Shown: positions 43,692 to 53,058 of the stretch, piece after piece
Layout: every line of letters begins with the position of its first letter
How positions within the stretch are numbered: the first letter of the stretch is position 1
Source: Bacillota bacterium
GTDB lineage: Bacteria; Bacillota; UBA4882; UBA8346
Assembly: GCA_023429995.1 (NCBI GenBank)
Contig: JAEZCE010000046.1
Coordinates: 27,283-91,282, forward strand
Length of the DNA stretch: 64,000 bases
Reading direction: 5' to 3'
The notes under the pieces: model-generated
Told to the model about the DNA's origin: nothing
Databases searched by the model: none
What the model saw: the letters and a program-made list of their open reading frames with translations, nothing else
Made by a program: the position numbers and the translations under genes

Positions 43692-46600
43692 CTATAAATT
43701 GGCCGCGGCGATCTCGCTTTCACTCTTCCCAATTTCTGGCAGAGAAAGCAACCGGTCGCGATGGGCTTCGAGAAAGTATCCGGTTAAATCTTTAAGGGTT
43801 GGGTATTCATAAAACAAGGTTTGCGACAGGGCGCCAAAGATTTTCTCCAGTCTCATGTTGAGTTCCAGCATCATGACGGAGTCGATCCCGTATTCCTCGA
43901 AGGGAGCATCCGCCGGGATCCGCCCCGCCGGGAGATTGATGGCCTTTGCAATCAGATTTTTCAGGTAGTTCTGCGTTTTTTCCCGGAGCGCCTCTTCTCC
44001 AACGCCCGCTTGATCTTCCATTTTCACAGCGGCCGGCCCGTTTTCAGCGGCTGTTGGTCCTGGGGTCAACCTTTGCCTGAGCCGTTCCAACCGGCCCTCC
44101 AACACCATCAGCCTACTTTTTCCGGAGGAAAATCCCTTATATAAAGCCTGGATGCCTGCGGAACTTTCCATCGCCACCATTCCGGTTTTTTCCATCATCA
44201 TTTTCGCGGTTTCCGCTTCCATGCGCATTCCGCCATTCTTCCACAACGGCCAGTTCACCGAGAGCGTCCATCCCTGACGCTGTCCGCACTCAACCAACCG
44301 GTTCCGGTATTCGGCATAAGCATCCATAAAAGCATTGGCCATCGAATAATCAGCCTGTCCCGCATTACCCAAAGATCCCGCGATCGAGGAAAAAAGAATC
44401 ACCCAGTCAAGCTGGAAATCCCGGCTCGCCTGATCAATATTTACCAGCCCCGCCACTTTGGGGGCCAATACCTCTCTAGCTTCGGCCCGGCTCTTTTTAA
44501 GGATGTAATTGTCCTTGATTACGCCGGCGCTATGGATGATCCCGTCGAGTCCTCCAAACTCCTCCCGGATACTCCGGATTAACCCGTTAACAGCTTCCCT
44601 GTTGCTAACGTCGACCGACTTGTACACTACTTTGGCGCCCGGAGCTTCCAATTTTTGAATCTCCTTTTGCATCGCGGCAGACAGCGGGGAGCGTCCGGTC
44701 AGGATTAAGTTGACATTTTTGGCTTGGGCCGCTATCTCACGGGCAAATATCATTCCCAAACCTCCGGCGCCACCCGTGATCAGATAAATGCCGCGTTCTT
44801 TCCAAGGCATGATCCCTTTTTCGTGAGATTTCCCCATTTCATTCCATTCCAAAACATAGCGCCGTCCCTGGCTATAACGGATTTGACCATCATCAGGGAT
44901 GCAGCTGTTTTCCCGCAATGTCTCAACGATTTTTTCCGCCTCTTCGATTGCGATCACCTGACCCACGAATTGCGGATTTTCAATCCCGGCGGTCTTCAAA
45001 AGCCCGGCTAACCCCTGGAATATTTCTCCTTCTCCTTCGCCCCAGCGGGGCACTACGATTTGGGCCAGTACTTTTCCAGGCTGGCTGTGGGATAGCACTC
45101 TTTGTATTTCCTCCAATGCCTGACAGGCATAACTCTGGAAGCGCTTTTCGAGCTCCGGCCCCTCGGACTGGAAATGAATGCAGCGGACCTCGGGCATTTC
45201 CCCGGCAATCCTGTTCCCGGCCCCCACAGGCATTTCGCAAAGTATCACCAGGTGCCGGCCATAATTGATTTCCGTAGGAAGAAGATGATTTCGTTCCCGC
45301 CATACCGGCTCAAGCATCAGTGTCCCCAGGGCCTCCGCCAAATCCCCTTTTTCTTCCGCTACCTTAAAGGAAACTCCTTTCATTCTTACCCGAATCATTC
45401 CTTGATCATCACAAAGATCGATGTCGATTGATTGTTTCTTTTCCTCGATTGGCCGGTCTTCCCGGAGCCGGAGATACGCCCACATGGAAGAAGTTGATTT
45501 ATCAATAATTTCCAACTCCTCCATCGCAAAAGGCAAGGCCAATTTGGGATTATCAAGGCCCTTAAATCCGATGAACGCCTGTAAGGCTGAATCCATTATG
45601 CTGGGGTGCAGGAAATACTGGTCCTTGGTAGCGGCCAGGAATTCAGGCAAGGATAACCGCGCCAGAATTTGTCTCTTACCGATATATAGCTCTTTTATCC
45701 CTTGATGCCCCGGTCCGTAAAGGATTCCCGCCTTCTTAAAAGCTTCATACACTTCAGTCGGGAAAAGAACGGTTTGGTTGCACCCGGCCTTCAGCGATGC
45801 AAGATCCAAAGTTGGCCCGATGGTCTTCTCACCTAGCTCGGCACGGCCCCGGCTATCCACGGATGGATCATTGGGGGAATTCTCGCTTTCAGAGGATACT
45901 TCATAAACTATCTCGCCGTTGCTCTCCGGGAACAATCCGATGTTCACCCGGACCGGTTGCGCCCCTACGCGAATGAAGCGGGTCCAAACGATGTTTTTAA
46001 GCCGGATAGTCGTCCTGCTTTCTTCCACGCCGCCGACTGCTTGTATCACTGCGGCTCTGGCCATCTCCAAATAAGCGACCCCCGGTAATATCCGTTCTTC
46101 CTTCACCCGGTGATCCGCCAGGAAAAACTCCCGGCCGTTAAAAATGGAACGAAACCGCAAACCGGACAAGTTGGAGGTGTTTTGCTGTAACAAAGGATGA
46201 ATGAAAGTCAAGGCATTCGTGGGAATGGCCTCTTGAGTCGAACTTCCATTTTCCGGCAGCCAATATCGCTCCCCGGCAAAGGAATAGGCCGGTAAATGGA
46301 TGCGCTGAGGTTTTCTTTCCCCATACAGCAAGTTCCAGTCCACCGCTCCCCCTTGGCTCCAGTACTCCGCCACCTTACCCAGACCCGGCTCTCCTTGGGC
46401 AAGCCACTTGCAAATCCGTTCCCGGGCATCTTCCCCGCTCTCAGAAGACTGCGGATTTTGTTGCTTCCTATACCCTTGCCAGCAATTGCCGATGGGTTCC
46501 TTCCCCTGCTCAAAATCGGCCATTTTCTGAAGCAATTCCGGAATTCCGTTGATCACAAAGACTATCCGCTCTTCCATTGCGGCCCGGCCTGTTTGAAGCG

Positions 46601-49600
46601 TATAAGCCGCATTGAATAAATCAACTTCCGACCGGCGGAGAAACGCCTGCAATTTTTGGACGGAAGACCGTAAACATTGCTTCGTTTTGGCTGAAAGAGG
46701 AATAATTACCGGTTCCTCTTTCGCTGCAACCCCTGAAACTGAAGGATCCGTAACGGAGGGAATATACTCTTCCACAACTACATGGGCATTTACACCGCCA
46801 AGTCCGAAAGAACTAATCCCGGCCCGATTGGGAATGTCCCTTCCCCCGGAGTCTTGACGCCTATTCCATTCTTGGGTTTTTTCAACAATGTAAAAAGGGC
46901 TGTCTTTCAAATGGATATAGGGATTGAGCTGATTAAAATGAATAATTCCCGGCAGCGTCCGATGTTTCATGGACATCAGCACTTTAATCACACCGGCGAT
47001 TCCCGAAGCCGATTCGCAATGCCCGATATTGGTTTTGGCAGTCCCCAGCCCACATAGGGAATGGGGACTCCTGGGGTTGATTTCCTGAAACGCTTCCTGC
47101 AAAGCTTGAATTTCAATGGGATCGCCAAGAGATGTCCCGGTTCCATGGGTTTCAATATAGCTGACCGTTTCAGCGGCACTATTCAGGTCTTCGTAGGCCG
47201 ACTTGATCAATTCCCTTTGGGCGTTCATATTGGGCGCCCGCAGTGAATTGGATTGCCCATCATGATTAACGACGGCCTTTTTAATCATTCCGTAAATCGG
47301 ATCCCCATCTTTGACTGCCTGTCCATAGGGTTTAAGAAGAAGGGCCCCATAACCTTCCGAGCGCACAATCCCGTCGGCTGATTGGTCAAAAGTTTTACAG
47401 CGGCCGTCTTCCGATAACATTCCGCCGCGATAGCAGGCGCGATGGACTCTAGAGGTCAAGATGATATTAATGCCTGCCGCAATAGCCAGATTGCATTCCC
47501 CTTGTTGAATGGACCGTACCCCATGATGAACCGCCACCAGCGAACTGGAGCAAGCCGTATTCACAATCTCACTGGGACCGTGGAAATCAAACCAACGGGA
47601 TACCCGATTGGCGATCATACCCAAATGGATCCCGGAATCCAAATAGGCGCCGTAGGTTTTCATCAATTCCGGCCGCCTGATCACTAAATCCGCATAGTCG
47701 TTATTATGGACGCCGACAAATAAAGCGATTTTTTCCCCGGCCATTTGCAAAGGATTGTACCCGCCGTCTTCAATCACACTCCAGGTGAGTTCCAAAAGCT
47801 TCCGTTGTTGGGGATCCATACTTTCCGCTTCCAAGGGTGAAATATTGAAAAAAGCGGCGTCAAATTGGTCAACCCCGCCGATAAAGCCTCCCCATTCCGG
47901 GAAACGTTCACCCGTTTCCCCGTAATAACGTTGGTCCTCCGCTAAGATTTCGGGCCGGCTTTGGGAAAAAGATGTGATACAATCTTTTTGAGCCGATAGT
48001 ATTTCCCAAAAACTCTCCGGATCGACAGCCCCTCCTGGAAAATGACAACTCACACCGATAATCGCGATATCTTCGTTCCGGCTCTTGCCGGAAAAATCCA
48101 AGGGGTCCGTTCCGGTTAACCTCGAAGCCATACATGGAACCGGGGTCCCCGCGATTTGGCCCCGAATATAGCCGGCTAAATTTTCAAAGCTACGGTGTTT
48201 AAAGAACAACACCGGTGGAAATTGGATCTGGAAAACTTCCTCGATCTTCCGGGCAATCCGGACATATTGGATGGAGTCCAATCCCAATTCGCTCAAGGAT
48301 GAAGCTTCGGTAGTTTTAGGGGAGTCGCTTTTGAGAACCGGCAGGAAAACCGCTTGCTTTAAAGTTTGGATGATCTCTTGATCGAACAGCCCGGGAGATT
48401 CTTCCCCGGGGGGCGGGGATACAACATCCCCTTGCCGGTATTGATGAACTACCGGTAATGTCTGATTCAAAAAAGCATTGCGGCAGGCCTTCCTCTGAAT
48501 CTTGCCGCTTCCGGTTCGGGGAATGCTTCCTTGGGCCACCAATTGAATGGTATACAGTTCCAGTCCATGATTTTCAGATACCGCGGCAATAATCGACTGA
48601 ATGAAACTTTTTAACTGCCGCCCGGTATGGGAGGCTTCGACTTCCTGAACCACCACCACTTTTTCTTGTTCTTCAATATCGCAAGAAAAGACCGAAACCG
48701 GTAAAGAAAGACCGGGGACATATTTTTTGATGGTCCATTCGATGTCCACCGGATGATGATTTTTGCCGTGAATAATCATCACTTCCTTCTCCCGGCCAAC
48801 GATATAAAGATGGTTATCTTCGGTAAATCCCAGATCTCCGGTGCGAAAGAATCCCCTTTCTTTTGTTGAGCTTAAGGTTCCTGCAAACGAGTCTTTAGTT
48901 TCCTGTTTCCGGTTTAAATAACCAACTGCAACGGAGGGAGATTTTACCCAGATTTCACCGATTTCCCCCGCCGGGCACGGTTGACAATTATCGGGATTTA
49001 CGATCACCAGTTGCGTGGGCTCATGGATCTCTCCACAACTGGTTACCGGTTTACTCTTTTTATCCTGGTTCTTCAATTTCACTTTTCGCAGTTCGAGGCT
49101 GGGAATATCGAGGGATAGAAAACGCATGGGAGCCCCCGGTCTCAACGTTGTCAGCGAGCCGGTTTCCGACATTCCGTAATGCGGACAAAACACGTTATCT
49201 CCCAGGCCCAACGTTTTAAATTTACTTTGAAAGTTTTCATACGTTTCTTTGCGAACGGGTTCTCCGCCGCAAATAATTCCTTGAAGCGAGCGCAGGGATA
49301 AATTTGGGACAGCTTCTGGATTTATTGAGGAGCAACAATAATCAAAGGCAAAATTGGGAGCTCCGGTGTGAGTGGCCTGATGCCTGCCGATCGTCATCAG
49401 CCAATCTTCCGGCTTTCCGATAAAAGAGCCGGGCGACATGATCACGCTGCAAGCCCCGCTAATGAGGGGAGTCAATATATTCAAAAAAAGTCCGAAATTA
49501 TGAAACTGCGGCATCCATGAAACAATACGGCTATCCTCGCTTATTCCCCATTGAATGGCGCCAATGGCAGCCTGAGACCTTACATTGCCGTGACTGAGCA

Positions 49601-50153
49601 TTACCCCTTTGGGCTGGGATGTGGAGCCCGAAGTATATAGCAGTAAAGCAATATCATCCGGATTTCCGGTTCTAGCTTTTGCGTCTTTACAATTTCCGGA
49701 GGATAACTCCTGAATATTGCATAGGGGAACCGAGCCGAATAGGTTTTTGGATTCAAGGTAGGCTTTAAAGTGAGAGTCCGTCAAAATGCAAGCCGCGTTT
49801 GAATCTTTAAGTATCGGACCAACCTTTTCCGGAATAAGCTCCTGCTGCTCCGGGTCGGTGATCGGAGTCGGGATGGCAATCACATTCGCATCGAAACAGG
49901 CCAATAATCCGCAAATATAATCCAGCCCTTGAGGGAAGATAAGAATTACTTTCTCCCCGGGATCCAGTTTGCGTTGGAAAAATTGGCTGATGACTTTGGC
50001 TTTATCGGCTAAGTCCTTTCCCGTCAAGAAATCTTTCTCGTCGTTTTCTCGATGGAAAGTAAATAATTTCTTTCCTGAAAAGCGTTGACATTGATCCATA
50101 AACCATAATGGGACCCGTTCCGAGGAATTTTCCGCTCCGGGTATATTTTTCAT
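43692..50153 (-). CDS. Hybrid loading/extension trans-AT polyketide synthase: FAAL-ACP-KS-(AT-docking linker)-DH-KR-ACP, 2153 aa
   Basis: Domain motifs are listed in the sub-features below. AAGGAGGAG precedes the ATG. There is no AT, ER or TE domain. Confidence 0.92.
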   Translation of the reverse strand: MKNIPGAENSSERVPLWFMDQCQRFSGKKLFTFHRENDEKDFLTGKDLADKAKVISQFFQRKLDPGEKVILIFPQGLDYICGLLACFDANVIAIPTPITDPEQQELIPEKVGPILKDSNAACILTDSHFKAYLESKNLFGSVPLCNIQELSSGNCKDAKARTGNPDDIALLLYTSGSTSQPKGVMLSHGNVRSQAAIGAIQWGISEDSRIVSWMPQFHNFGLFLNILTPLISGACSVIMSPGSFIGKPEDWLMTIGRHQATHTGAPNFAFDYCCSSINPEAVPNLSLRSLQGIICGGEPVRKETYENFQSKFKTLGLGDNVFCPHYGMSETGSLTTLRPGAPMRFLSLDIPSLELRKVKLKNQDKKSKPVTSCGEIHEPTQLVIVNPDNCQPCPAGEIGEIWVKSPSVAVGYLNRKQETKDSFAGTLSSTKERGFFRTGDLGFTEDNHLYIVGREKEVMIIHGKNHHPVDIEWTIKKYVPGLSLPVSVFSCDIEEQEKVVVVQEVEASHTGRQLKSFIQSIIAAVSENHGLELYTIQLVAQGSIPRTGSGKIQRKACRNAFLNQTLPVVHQYRQGDVVSPPPGEESPGLFDQEIIQTLKQAVFLPVLKSDSPKTTEASSLSELGLDSIQYVRIARKIEEVFQIQFPPVLFFKHRSFENLAGYIRGQIAGTPVPCMASRLTGTDPLDFSGKSRNEDIAIIGVSCHFPGGAVDPESFWEILSAQKDCITSFSQSRPEILAEDQRYYGETGERFPEWGGFIGGVDQFDAAFFNISPLEAESMDPQQRKLLELTWSVIEDGGYNPLQMAGEKIALFVGVHNNDYADLVIRRPELMKTYGAYLDSGIHLGMIANRVSRWFDFHGPSEIVNTACSSSLVAVHHGVRSIQQGECNLAIAAGINIILTSRVHRACYRGGMLSEDGRCKTFDQSADGIVRSEGYGALLLKPYGQAVKDGDPIYGMIKKAVVNHDGQSNSLRAPNMNAQRELIKSAYEDLNSAAETVSYIETHGTGTSLGDPIEIQALQEAFQEINPRSPHSLCGLGTAKTNIGHCESASGIAGVIKVLMSMKHRTLPGIIHFNQLNPYIHLKDSPFYIVEKTQEWNRRQDSGGRDIPNRAGISSFGLGGVNAHVVVEEYIPSVTDPSVSGVAAKEEPVIIPLSAKTKQCLRSSVQKLQAFLRRSEVDLFNAAYTLQTGRAAMEERIVFVINGIPELLQKMADFEQGKEPIGNCWQGYRKQQNPQSSESGEDARERICKWLAQGEPGLGKVAEYWSQGGAVDWNLLYGERKPQRIHLPAYSFAGERYWLPENGSSTQEAIPTNALTFIHPLLQQNTSNLSGLRFRSIFNGREFFLADHRVKEERILPGVAYLEMARAAVIQAVGGVEESRTTIRLKNIVWTRFIRVGAQPVRVNIGLFPESNGEIVYEVSSESENSPNDPSVDSRGRAELGEKTIGPTLDLASLKAGCNQTVLFPTEVYEAFKKAGILYGPGHQGIKELYIGKRQILARLSLPEFLAATKDQYFLHPSIMDSALQAFIGFKGLDNPKLALPFAMEELEIIDKSTSSMWAYLRLREDRPIEEKKQSIDIDLCDDQGMIRVRMKGVSFKVAEEKGDLAEALGTLMLEPVWRERNHLLPTEINYGRHLVILCEMPVGAGNRIAGEMPEVRCIHFQSEGPELEKRFQSYACQALEEIQRVLSHSQPGKVLAQIVVPRWGEGEGEIFQGLAGLLKTAGIENPQFVGQVIAIEEAEKIVETLRENSCIPDDGQIRYSQGRRYVLEWNEMGKSHEKGIMPWKERGIYLITGGAGGLGMIFAREIAAQAKNVNLILTGRSPLSAAMQKEIQKLEAPGAKVVYKSVDVSNREAVNGLIRSIREEFGGLDGIIHSAGVIKDNYILKKSRAEAREVLAPKVAGLVNIDQASRDFQLDWVILFSSIAGSLGNAGQADYSMANAFMDAYAEYRNRLVECGQRQGWTLSVNWPLWKNGGMRMEAETAKMMMEKTGMVAMESSAGIQALYKGFSSGKSRLMVLEGRLERLRQRLTPGPTAAENGPAAVKMEDQAGVGEEALREKTQNYLKNLIAKAINLPAGRIPADAPFEEYGIDSVMMLELNMRLEKIFGALSQTLFYEYPTLKDLTGYFLEAHRDRLLSLPEIGKSESEIAAANL
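43749..43976 (-). other. PKS domain: carrier protein 2 (Ser about 2092, codon 43878-43880)
   Basis: FEEYGIDSVMMLELNMRLEK motif. The protein ends about 60 aa later with no thioesterase. Confidence 0.8.
44229..44792 (-). other. PKS domain: ketoreductase catalytic subdomain
   Basis: GIYLITGGAGGLG (Gly 1788), GIIHSAGV and SSIAGSLGNAGQADYSMANAF motifs. Confidence 0.85.
45354..46211 (-). other. PKS domain: dehydratase (double hot-dog)
   Basis: HPLLQQN...LADHRVKEERILPGVAYLEM (HxxxGxxxxP-type motif, His about 1348) and HPSIMDSALQ. It is preceded by a trans-AT-type post-KS linker (PLSAKT..., AYTLQTGRAAMEER, LPAYSFAGERYW). Confidence 0.8.
46764..48071 (-). other. PKS domain: ketosynthase (Cys 868, codon 47550-47552)
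   Basis: DIAIIGVSCHFPG, VNTACSSSLVAVH, ETHGTGTSLGDP and NIGHCESASG give the complete C-H-H triad. Confidence 0.9.
48144..48371 (-). other. PKS domain: carrier protein 1 (Ser about 627, codon 48273-48275)
   Basis: LSELGLDSIQYVRIARKIEE phosphopantetheine-attachment motif. Confidence 0.8.
48399..50153 (-). other. PKS domain: acyl-AMP ligase (FAAL/FadD-type adenylation), approximately aa 1-585
   Basis: LLYTSGSTSQPKGVMLSHGN, APNFAFDYC, YGMSETG, FFRTGDLGF and GKIQRKACR motifs. Boundaries are approximate. Confidence 0.8.
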
Positions 50154-50170
50154 CCATTCTCCTCCTTAAG

Positions 50171-50194
50171 GCATAAGGTTACCTGAAACCTTAT
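50171..50194 (-). other. 9-bp hairpin immediately 5' of the PKS ribosome-binding site
   Basis: CATAAGGTT (50171-50179) pairs with AACCTTATG (50186-50194) across a 6-nt loop. No U-run follows on the minus strand. Confidence 0.4.
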
Positions 50195-50234
50195 GATCAA
50201 TCAGTTTACGCCAACTCTTGGTTTTTTCCTTCTT

Positions 50235-51194
50235 TCATGTCTCTTTAACGAGGTCCAGAATGACTTTTAAATTTTTCAGTTCTTGATCAAAGGGTGTGAT
50301 CATCGCGCCAAACCGGGAGGAAGAATCCGTCCGAAGATTATATTTGACAAAAGTGGCCAAGGTTCCCGAGGGTCCAAGATCCAAATAGAGGTAACTCCCT
50401 TTCTTTTCCAACTCCTGAATCGTTTGTTGAAACCGAATCGGGTTTCGAACAACCTTCCAGAAATAATCCCCAGAAATCTCAGGGATCTCGGTTCCCATTA
50501 AACAAGAGATGTAAGGTATCCTGGGTCTTTGAAGCGATATGGTTTTTAAACAATCCCTGCAGATTGGGGCGGCCGGATCAATGCGCGCCGAATGAAAACC
50601 GAAAGAGACGGGCAACCGTAAAGAAATAATTCCCTTACTTTTTAAAATGGCGGCAATTTCGGCTATTTTTTCATTTTTCCCGGAAATGACGAAATGGGAA
50701 TGGAAATTGATCGAGGCGATCTCGGTCTCTTCAAATAATTGAGGATGGTCATCATAAAGAGCGGGATTAGCGATTATCGTCAGCATGCTGCTATTTTGGC
50801 AAAGATCTTCCAACGTTTCCGCCTGTTTTAAGAGGCATTCGATACTCTCTTCAAGTCCCATAACCCCGGAAAGGGCGGCGGCTGTGAATTCTCCCAAACT
50901 GGCGCCCAGAACATAATCGGGCTTCACGCCGCTTTCCAACAAAACTTGGGCCAGGGAATATTCCAGCATAAAAATAGCCGGACTGGTAAACAAAGTCCGA
51001 AGAAACGGTTCTTCTTTCCGCTGCTTCGGATTATAAATTTCACCGATAATGGATACAGCGATTTTTCGCCTAACCATATCATCGATGGTAATCATCCAAT
51101 GGCGAAACGTGGAATTCTGATGAAACAATTCCGTTCCCATGTGGTAATACTGGGAGCCCTGCCCGGAAAACATGAATATGATTGGTTTACCCAT
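50235..51194 (-). CDS. Discrete acyltransferase (FabD-like malonyl-CoA:ACP transacylase; trans-AT)
   Basis: FMFSGQGSQYYHMG, active-site GASLGEF (GxSxG) and VSFGFHS (xxFHS specificity region). Confidence 0.85.
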   Translation of the reverse strand: MGKPIIFMFSGQGSQYYHMGTELFHQNSTFRHWMITIDDMVRRKIAVSIIGEIYNPKQRKEEPFLRTLFTSPAIFMLEYSLAQVLLESGVKPDYVLGASLGEFTAAALSGVMGLEESIECLLKQAETLEDLCQNSSMLTIIANPALYDDHPQLFEETEIASINFHSHFVISGKNEKIAEIAAILKSKGIISLRLPVSFGFHSARIDPAAPICRDCLKTISLQRPRIPYISCLMGTEIPEISGDYFWKVVRNPIRFQQTIQELEKKGSYLYLDLGPSGTLATFVKYNLRTDSSSRFGAMITPFDQELKNLKVILDLVKET

Positions 51195-51206
51195 TAGAAG
51201 TATCCT

Positions 51207-51287
51207 TTACGGCCCTTCATGAATGACATCGATTCTATCCAAAAACAACTGCATGAGTTCTCTTTTGTTGCTGGGGTCAAAAATCAT
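51207..51287 (-). CDS. Candidate 26-aa micro-ORF (MIFDPSNKRELMQLFLDRIDVIHEGP)
   Basis: Not in the ORF track because it is under 60 aa. Its ATG overlaps the chorismate-lyase TGA (ATGA), with AAGGAGGGGAG upstream. Its TAA lies 12 nt before the trans-AT ATG, so it fills the intergenic gap exactly. Confidence 0.3.
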   Translation of the reverse strand: MIFDPSNKRELMQLFLDRIDVIHEGP

Positions 51288-51826
51288 TCACTCCCCTCCT
51301 TAAAAAAGGTCGCGGGAAATTTTTCGGTAATTGCCCCGAATGCGATCTTGTTCTGATAGATTAAATAGGTTCTTGATAATATCGGGGTCTGAGGCTGTAT
51401 ATCAAAGTAAGGTACCAATGATTGAGCGGACTCGACTTTGTAATCAATCACTTCCCGATAAGTTTCGAGTTTTTCCTCCCTCCACATCAGTCCAACCGGC
51501 TGATCGGTTTCCAGAAGCTTATATTGAACAGAACGGGAAAGCAATTGAAACACAAAAATAGATTCACAATAAACATAATTTCGGTTTTTACCACATAGTA
51601 AAATGTCCCTTTTCAACACCGGAGTTTCCAGGGAGCATAGTAACTCTTCCGATTTTCCGCTAAGCGCTATTTCCTGCCGAATTTTTTTAACTTTGATCAT
51701 TTCACCGGTGTAAAGTTTCAAAAGATTCGTGACCGTCCCATCCGTGGTCAAAAGAATTTTTTGAAATAAACTTAAGGAGTTATCGCCAATGATCGTTTCG
51801 ACCATTAAATTTTCTTGTAAGGACAA
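51284..51826 (-). CDS. Chorismate-lyase-like (UbiC/Chor_lyase/UTRA-fold) protein
   Basis: ILLTTDGTVTNLLKLYTGEMIKVKK matches the LL.tDGs.T..Le....e.i.v.v signature of chorismate pyruvate-lyases. TTG start with GGAGG upstream; the alternative ATG is at 51805. Confidence 0.6.
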   Translation of the reverse strand: MSLQENLMVETIIGDNSLSLFQKILLTTDGTVTNLLKLYTGEMIKVKKIRQEIALSGKSEELLCSLETPVLKRDILLCGKNRNYVYCESIFVFQLLSRSVQYKLLETDQPVGLMWREEKLETYREVIDYKVESAQSLVPYFDIQPQTPILSRTYLIYQNKIAFGAITEKFPATFFKEGSE

Positions 51827-51886
51827 AATAGTGAGCCTCCATATTTTTAATAAAACATATGCCGGTTGCGTCTGCTTTCCAGGAGG

Positions 51887-52690
51887 TTACTTTTCAGCTA
51901 ATCCTAACAACCTTTTGGCATTATCACACAAGATTTTTTGCTTCTCCATTTCCAAAATAGGTAAGGCCTTTAAATGTTGGATTTCGGTTTTCCCATTACT
52001 CCACGGCGCATCGGTGGCAAATAACACTTTATCCGCGCCGTGGTTTTTGACGATTCTTAAAAATTGTTCTTGTTTGTAGTGCTCAAAGCCCATTGAGGTA
52101 TCAAGATAGATATTTTTGCCCACCAGATACTTTTCAACATCATCCCACTGGTCATATCCGCCCAAATGGGCGGCAATGATAATACCGCCCTTCATGGCAT
52201 CAACGATTCTTGCAAATTGCCCGGGACTGCTTTTGTAAGGCTTCGGCATGCCGGGGTCGGCCCCGGCGTGATATAAAATCATCAGGCCTTTGCTTAAAGC
52301 ATAGTCGTATATTTTCAGCATTTTAGGATCATCAATGGTGAAGTTTTGATATTCCGCGTGAAATTTAAGGCCTTTCAGACCCAAGCCGGCCACGAAATCG
52401 ATATCCCTTTTGTAATCGTCCGTATGGGGATAAATGCCGCCGAAGGATATGATGCGATCCGAACAAATACTTCTAGCCCACTCATTGGTTTTTCGCGTTT
52501 GGGATTGTTTGGTAACAACCGGCTGGATAACGGAAATATCAATGTTCCATGCATCCATGTTCTTTAGCAGGCTGGAAATAGTCCCATTGTGGACCGGAGT
52601 ATAGATATAGTCAATATTTGCCGTAATGGTCGCCAGCGCTTTCTCTGCCAAATCATCCGGAAAAGCATGCGTATGAAAATCAATAACCAT
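51887..52690 (-). CDS. Metal-dependent amidohydrolase-2 family (TIM-barrel hydrolase/decarboxylase) protein
   Basis: MVIDFHTHAFPD N-terminal HxH motif, plus later H and D ligands (AAHLGG, FATDAPW). Confidence 0.75.
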   Translation of the reverse strand: MVIDFHTHAFPDDLAEKALATITANIDYIYTPVHNGTISSLLKNMDAWNIDISVIQPVVTKQSQTRKTNEWARSICSDRIISFGGIYPHTDDYKRDIDFVAGLGLKGLKFHAEYQNFTIDDPKMLKIYDYALSKGLMILYHAGADPGMPKPYKSSPGQFARIVDAMKGGIIIAAHLGGYDQWDDVEKYLVGKNIYLDTSMGFEHYKQEQFLRIVKNHGADKVLFATDAPWSNGKTEIQHLKALPILEMEKQKILCDNAKRLLGLAEK

Positions 52691-53058
52691 TGGTTATGCC
52701 TCGTTTTCTTTGCCCCAGGATCCTAGTAGAGCGTATCGTAAATAAATGGTAATCAGAAATGGGAAGACACGCTCTACTTAAGTAAAACGTACACCATCAT
52801 TGAGTAGTTATTTAGCGAACGTTTTACTATATAGGTTGAAATAAATTTTGTTATATCAGAGAGCATCGCTAAAAAGTGAATGCCGACTTGACCTAACCCG
52901 CGCGTCCCATTGGATGCGACCCTTCCCCTTGTGTAGCTCAAATAGCTGATCCCTAGATGTTTCCTATTCACGAGTTTGCAACCGATATCACGAATTACCA
53001 AAAAATATTTTGCAAAGCGCATCTTGCACTCTGTGCCTGCAGCACCAACAGGTGCTGA

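Noticed and set aside
44724-47687. Cluster of 60-116-aa ORFs on both strands inside the PKS gene (for example 44918-45268, 44980-45303, 46208-46513 and 46296-46619).
   Set aside because: The 2153-aa frame has uninterrupted, correctly ordered PKS domain motifs across this region. The internal ORFs are Arg/Pro/Gly-rich frame shadows of a locally GC-richer gene.
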